Shown in pieces: positions 49,092-64,000 of a stretch of 64,000 nt of DNA (position 1 is the stretch's first letter; each line of letters starts with the position of its first letter). The position numbers and the translations under genes were made by a program. The DNA lies in assembly GCA_965213685.1 (NCBI GenBank), contig CBDBZY010000002.1:32001-96000 (forward strand), read 5' to 3'. The stretch is from a bacterium. GTDB lineage: Bacteria; UBA8248. Below the pieces are notes generated by a model. That model did not search any database, was not told where the DNA came from, and worked only from the letters and a program-made list of their open reading frames with translations.

Positions 49092-51127
49092 TCTATGCAA
49101 AAGTGAGCAAGTTCAAGACAGAGAGAGAGGGAGAGAGAGAGAGCGAGAGAGTGAGAGAGAGGGGGGGGGAGAAAACACTAATAAATTATTGTATATGCAA
49201 GCAATACATCTATCCAATATGTTTGCCTTTCTTTATCTACAGATTTAGGTAGCTACATAATTTTGTATTCACATGCACAATAGGTATAAGTCAACATGAA
49301 GTAGCTACTTGCATACATCATGCTGGGCGTCAAGAGAGCTTCTTACCTCAATTATTCTTCAGTTCTGTGGCCTGAAAGCAGGAAAAGATGTCCAGGACTG
49401 GCAATGCTGACTTAGCAGTGATGTTTCTGGCTGGAGCTTGCAGCTCAAAATGAACTGAGTGGCAGAGGCTGAGCATCCTTTTTATGCGCTCACCCTCAAA
49501 CGTACTATAATACTATCTGGAGGGTTTTCAAAACTGGAATTGAAAACTGAATTCCCCAGTACCTTCAGGGGAAGGTCTGCATGGCTTCTACCATACCTGG
49601 AAGGGGGAGTGTTGTGAACTCTCCAGGAAGTGACATAAGGGTAATTCCTCTTGTTTGAAGGGATGGATTCTGCTTATCTTCAATCTACTATATAGTTTTT
49701 ATTCCAAGATGATAATCATTGCTATAGAGTGGGGATGGGGAACTGCAGCTGTTTTTGATGATGTCACCTACCCATAGAGAGTAGTAGTCTCCTAGGGTTA
49801 CAACTGTCTCATTCATGGAGGTCCAGTATAGTTTTCTGTAATAGGAAGCGTCTTCCTTTGACACGACACCCCTGACAAAAAAAAATAACCTTTTCATCAT
49901 TCAGTTCACTGGAAGACGCTGGTAACAGTGTAGTATACTGGTACATATAATTGGTGGTTCTGAATTTTTCATGGAAGCTGCATAGCCACATGTGATTGTA
50001 CATTACATGTAACTTTGTAATTTTCTGCATTCTCTGCTGAATAGTTGAATACTTTTCCAGTTGAGAACAGTAAAGAACCTCGGGCTGATATAGGAATCGT
50101 CAACAAACATTTTCATGTCTCAGATGATTGCAAACTGTGTGTATGTTTGTTTTTGTTTCATTCACTAGACACACAAACAGTGCAGGTACACACAGCCTTT
50201 CCCTTAGATCACCTGCTATGATAACACATGACTGGGAATATCCAAGAATGACCTTCAGGATGTATTACCTCATCATTTAAACATGCACACAGATTCACTT
50301 GTGTAAGCAACCACCACCATCATGTATATACTTATATACTTGTCATTCATCATAACATCATGTTCTTAGACTTGAACATTTCCCCCACTGTATAATATGA
50401 CCATTTATGGGACCACAAGGTGCTTACCCAACTTGGAAATATCTTGCCCACCTGACCTGCCTGTATACACTTCATAATCATATTCACTGCATGGGAACTG
50501 GGCCCTATGAAAGACTACATATAAGGAGCCCTTAAAGCTTTAGCTTTGTTACATGTACCTTATTTTCAACATTGCTTCCTGGCAGACTCAGTGAACTGGG
50601 CATGGCAGAATGTAACCATTTTCATTTTGACAGTACTAACGTTACACTTTCCAGTACTTGGAACTACTGCAGGCCTTGTAGCTGCAGTCAGCTATCCTTG
50701 GCTCTGTCAGTGTACACTGAATAGGGCTAAGACTGAGTTCATGAGGTCCCATACATACCTGGCCCATCATGTTCATGCATCTCATGTTCACGTATCAGTT
50801 ATTCCATGTTGTCGTCATATACATGCATACTAGCTATCAGGGCTCACATGAAACATAGCCTTCATGGTAAGAAATAGAGTCAGCTTAAAAGCTATATAGT
50901 ATGCCAACAGCACTCAATTGAACTAGTAGAATTGGTATACTACACAGCATAGGAAGACACTATAAGACTCTATAGAGGCTATTACAGACAGAGAGCTTGA
51001 AAATAAAACTCACTGTCCATCCCACCTGGCCATCTTTACCACTTCTCTGCCACTAGTTCTCTTGCTAACGAATGACTGAAGTGGTTCAACCCAAGCTATA
51101 CGTACATACAATACATATCACAGCACG

Positions 51128-51161
51128 GGGGTTTCCCAAGGAAATACCCATGGTAATTCCC
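51128..51161. promoter_or_regulatory. Cluster of three NF-kB-like decamers at 12-bp spacing
   Basis: GGGGTTTCCC (51128), GGAAATACCC (51140) and GGTAATTCCC (51152). The first is an exact GGGRNNYYCC match; the other two match in reverse with one mismatch each. Confidence 0.45.
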
Positions 51162-51636
51162 ACATTTCCTGCTAAGGTCGACACTTGCTACAGCATTGAC
51201 CTCTTCATATCTACACTGCTATCTTGTAGTGTAATGGACACCGTGCAATCTTTGTGGAAAAAAACTATCATCCCTAACTTATGGCTAGCATGAGGACACT
51301 TAACTGTTACCATAGCAACATGGCTGGTTATATACTGCTGTTCATGCAAATGATTCAATTTTTGGTATAATAATGCTTGTGTTATTAAAAATTTGTTGAT
51401 GAAAAAATAGCTCGTCTATGTAATCTATGCTGATTTGAAAATCTGAATACAGATGACAATTGAAACACAACTAACACACATTCTACATGATAAGTACACA
51501 CTTATACATAAGACCTTAACACAACCAACACAAAATTAGCAACACACACAATACTGAATCGTGACCAATGAATACAGAACTACAACTGAGCTGCAAATGC
51601 TACAGAGATACTGAACTACTACAACCTGGTGTCATG

Positions 51637-61665
<10,029 letters not shown>

Positions 61666-61681
61666 TGAGAGATGTGTGGCT

Positions 61682-61758
<77 letters not shown>

Positions 61759-62659
61759 GGGGGGGGGGAAGGGAAAAGCTAATAAACGTGGTCATGTATA
61801 GAGGAACCAATGTATGTAGATTAAACAGACACTAAGCAGACACAGTAAAGGAAGAAGGGAGGAAGAAATCTGATGATGGTGCTGTGTGATATTAATTAGC
61901 AAATCAAGAAGGGGGAGGGGCTGGCCAGCTATATGGTATGGAAGCCACAACACAATAATAATTACCGGCGAAGTCCTGGCGCTGTGGCAACGCCCGGGCA
62001 GCGACTTTCACAGAATTACTTGGAGACGAAAACAGATGGTAGTACTTAACAACAGCTCATGTGAAACTATCGCCCAGCTACGTATGTATCAGTACGGAAC
62101 GCACACGCAGATAGTTACGTACAGTAGCTGAAACTCACGGAAGTTTTCAGTGAACATACGAACTGTCTGCGTCCATAGCTAGCTCGCTCACAGCCCGAGG
62201 GTCTCCATGCAAAACAAATGAAACTTTGGGATGCCTTTGGGGGCTTCAAACATTCGATCCCGACAACTGAATATTGGTAGGCAATGTGTGTATTTTCTAC
62301 GCAACGTGACGTAACCGCAGACATTGCACGTGATTCACAACCAAAGTGCGCCGCGCGCGCAATGGCCGGCCAGAACCAGTCTCGAACGATGGATAGTAAC
62401 TAGTCTCCAGTGCAGAGCATTGCAATGCGAGCCTGCATGAGCAACGCAGAGGGTCTGTAACTAGGCATAGTAAACTTCCGCGGGATTTGGTAGCAGTAAC
62501 TCAGCGTACATGAGATGATATCCACACACCCGTCAAATTGCTGCCAAACATGGCCGCATGCAATTTGCAAGAGCGCGCTAAAAGCCAAGCGCACGTGATT
62601 GTGCGTAACGCGCTCCGGTCTCAAAAACGTGGGACTCGGTAACTTCTTGCATTAGCTAC

Positions 62660-64000
62660 ATGGTTAGACCGGGATTGTTGGACGGAGGCGAAAGAGAGAC
62701 AAAAGCAATAGTGATGTTCAGACGAAAAACCGTGCTAACCCAAAGCCTGTCGGAGGAGAAGACGGTGTACGAGTGCCTAAGCAAACTGATTACCGCGCAG
62801 ACGAGAGGTGAGCTGCCCGTTGCACTACAGTGCCTCTTACACCACTCTGTTGTTCACTAGTGCATTGAACTAAGTATACATTCACGACGGAAAGTATTTC
62901 GATGCGTGTGTTGACATGCATGTGTTGATATGAGAGAGAAGCATTCGGTATACCTGATTAGTTGGATAAGTGCTACTCTGTGCTTTTGCTAATACTCTGA
63001 GCCATTGTTTTAGTTTCATTTCATCAACACATAGAGGAATTAAGAACCACCAGAATCATTGCAATACTAAAACATTTTTTCTCACGATCCCATGATTTTG
63101 CAGTGGTAAAACGCAACCAGGTGCCAAGTGCTTGAGAGTTTTCTTCCAAAAAGAGGTTTGCATGTGTGGTCCAACTCACTCCCGGCCCTGCCAAAGCCAA
63201 CACCTGCTGTGAAGTGTGTCCAGGTGGAAGCAAGGAGCCACAGTCACTTGTGATATGGCTAACTATAAATTACACAGTTCAGAGGCTCAGGTGTATTCAA
63301 ATTCCACGTTGCAATGTGTTGGTGCACTATCCAAGTGTTGTTATGTTGCAATGTTGGAGGAGAACATGTTAATAGGACTTGAAAAGCGTACATTGGTTCT
63401 GATCATAATTTAGGGAATGTGTTGAGGTGTTCCTTTACCCTCCGTACTTGGATGGAGCTCTAATGGAAGGGTATTTGTACACCTTCTAATGTGTACATGT
63501 AGTCCCATACATGGCTAAAATCACATGCACATGCTCGTGATGTCAGTAAGTGTATACTTTCCAGCTGAAAATTGGTTTCACTTGACCTTTGTGCAAATTG
63601 AAAGGACTACATTATTTTTAAAAGCTGTGTCGCCAGAAATACATGTTCTTATCATGCTCTCGTGTAAAACATCTGATCCCGTCTTTTTTGCTTCCTTGTA
63701 CTACTTAAAAGGCACTCTCCCTTGAGTAGCCTTGTAAGAGCTTTTTAAGTGTGGAGCACTTTCCTTGTCACATGTGTTTCAATGGACTGAGCTCAGTGTG
63801 ACGTCTTGGCGTCTGCTCACTGCCTCCCTGAGATGAAAGAGATCTGAGAGTGAATTGACAGATGACAAATAAGAGCAATTTGTACACGGACCCATTTTAT
63901 GCATGTCAGAACAAATGTATATCTCTATGGAGAGAATAATATTTGCACGTACTTCATAACACAATTAACTATGTTCCCACGGGAATGTTTAGTGCTTTGT
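62660..64000 (+). CDS. Probable 5' part of an unidentified spliced gene, divergent from RCBTB1
   Basis: CpG-rich promoter-like region at about 62100-62800. First-exon ORF ...MFRRKTVLTQSLSEEKTVYECLSKLITAQTR ends at a G|GTGAG donor (62808), with a phase-compatible exon EELRTTRIIAILKHFF at about 63035. Later exons are unresolved and no family was recognised. Confidence 0.35.

Noticed and set aside
49610-50120. Minus-strand peptide RGITLMSLPGE (LINE RT-like) and neighbouring short ORFs
   Set aside because: The match is too short and no further RT motifs are visible; it may be chance.

Overview
Gene-dense, intron-rich eukaryotic (animal) genomic DNA, not prokaryotic. The compact genes, TACATGTA-rich introns and repeat types suggest a demosponge, but that is inference only. 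Most ORFs in the supplied track are microsatellite artefacts. Manual splice reconstruction supports 12 complete protein-coding genes: DYNLT2B/TCTEX1D2(+), UQCRH(-), HSDL1-like SDR(+), IWS1(-), TMCO3(+), ZBBX(-), TSC22D-like(+), RTF2(-), ZNHIT1(+), two convergent TNF-superfamily ligands (+/-) and RCBTB1/2(-). An unidentified partial gene probably begins at the right edge. There are two intact intronic tRNA genes (Gly-TCC and an unusual Ile-GAT), two tRNA-derived repeat families, several MITEs and foldbacks, and a Harbinger transposase relic. Most notable: (1) a cysteine-rich TNF ligand pair with shared RNKR furin sites and kB-like sites upstream of one gene; (2) an AT-AC U12 intron in ZNHIT1 whose branch point and acceptor are triplicated; (3) a dispersed repeat carrying a decayed minimal hammerhead ribozyme, plus a separate pseudoknotted element with hammerhead core motifs in a non-canonical order; (4) a DR1 nuclear-receptor motif recurring in three bidirectional promoters. 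Gene identities come from recalled family motifs, not database searches.
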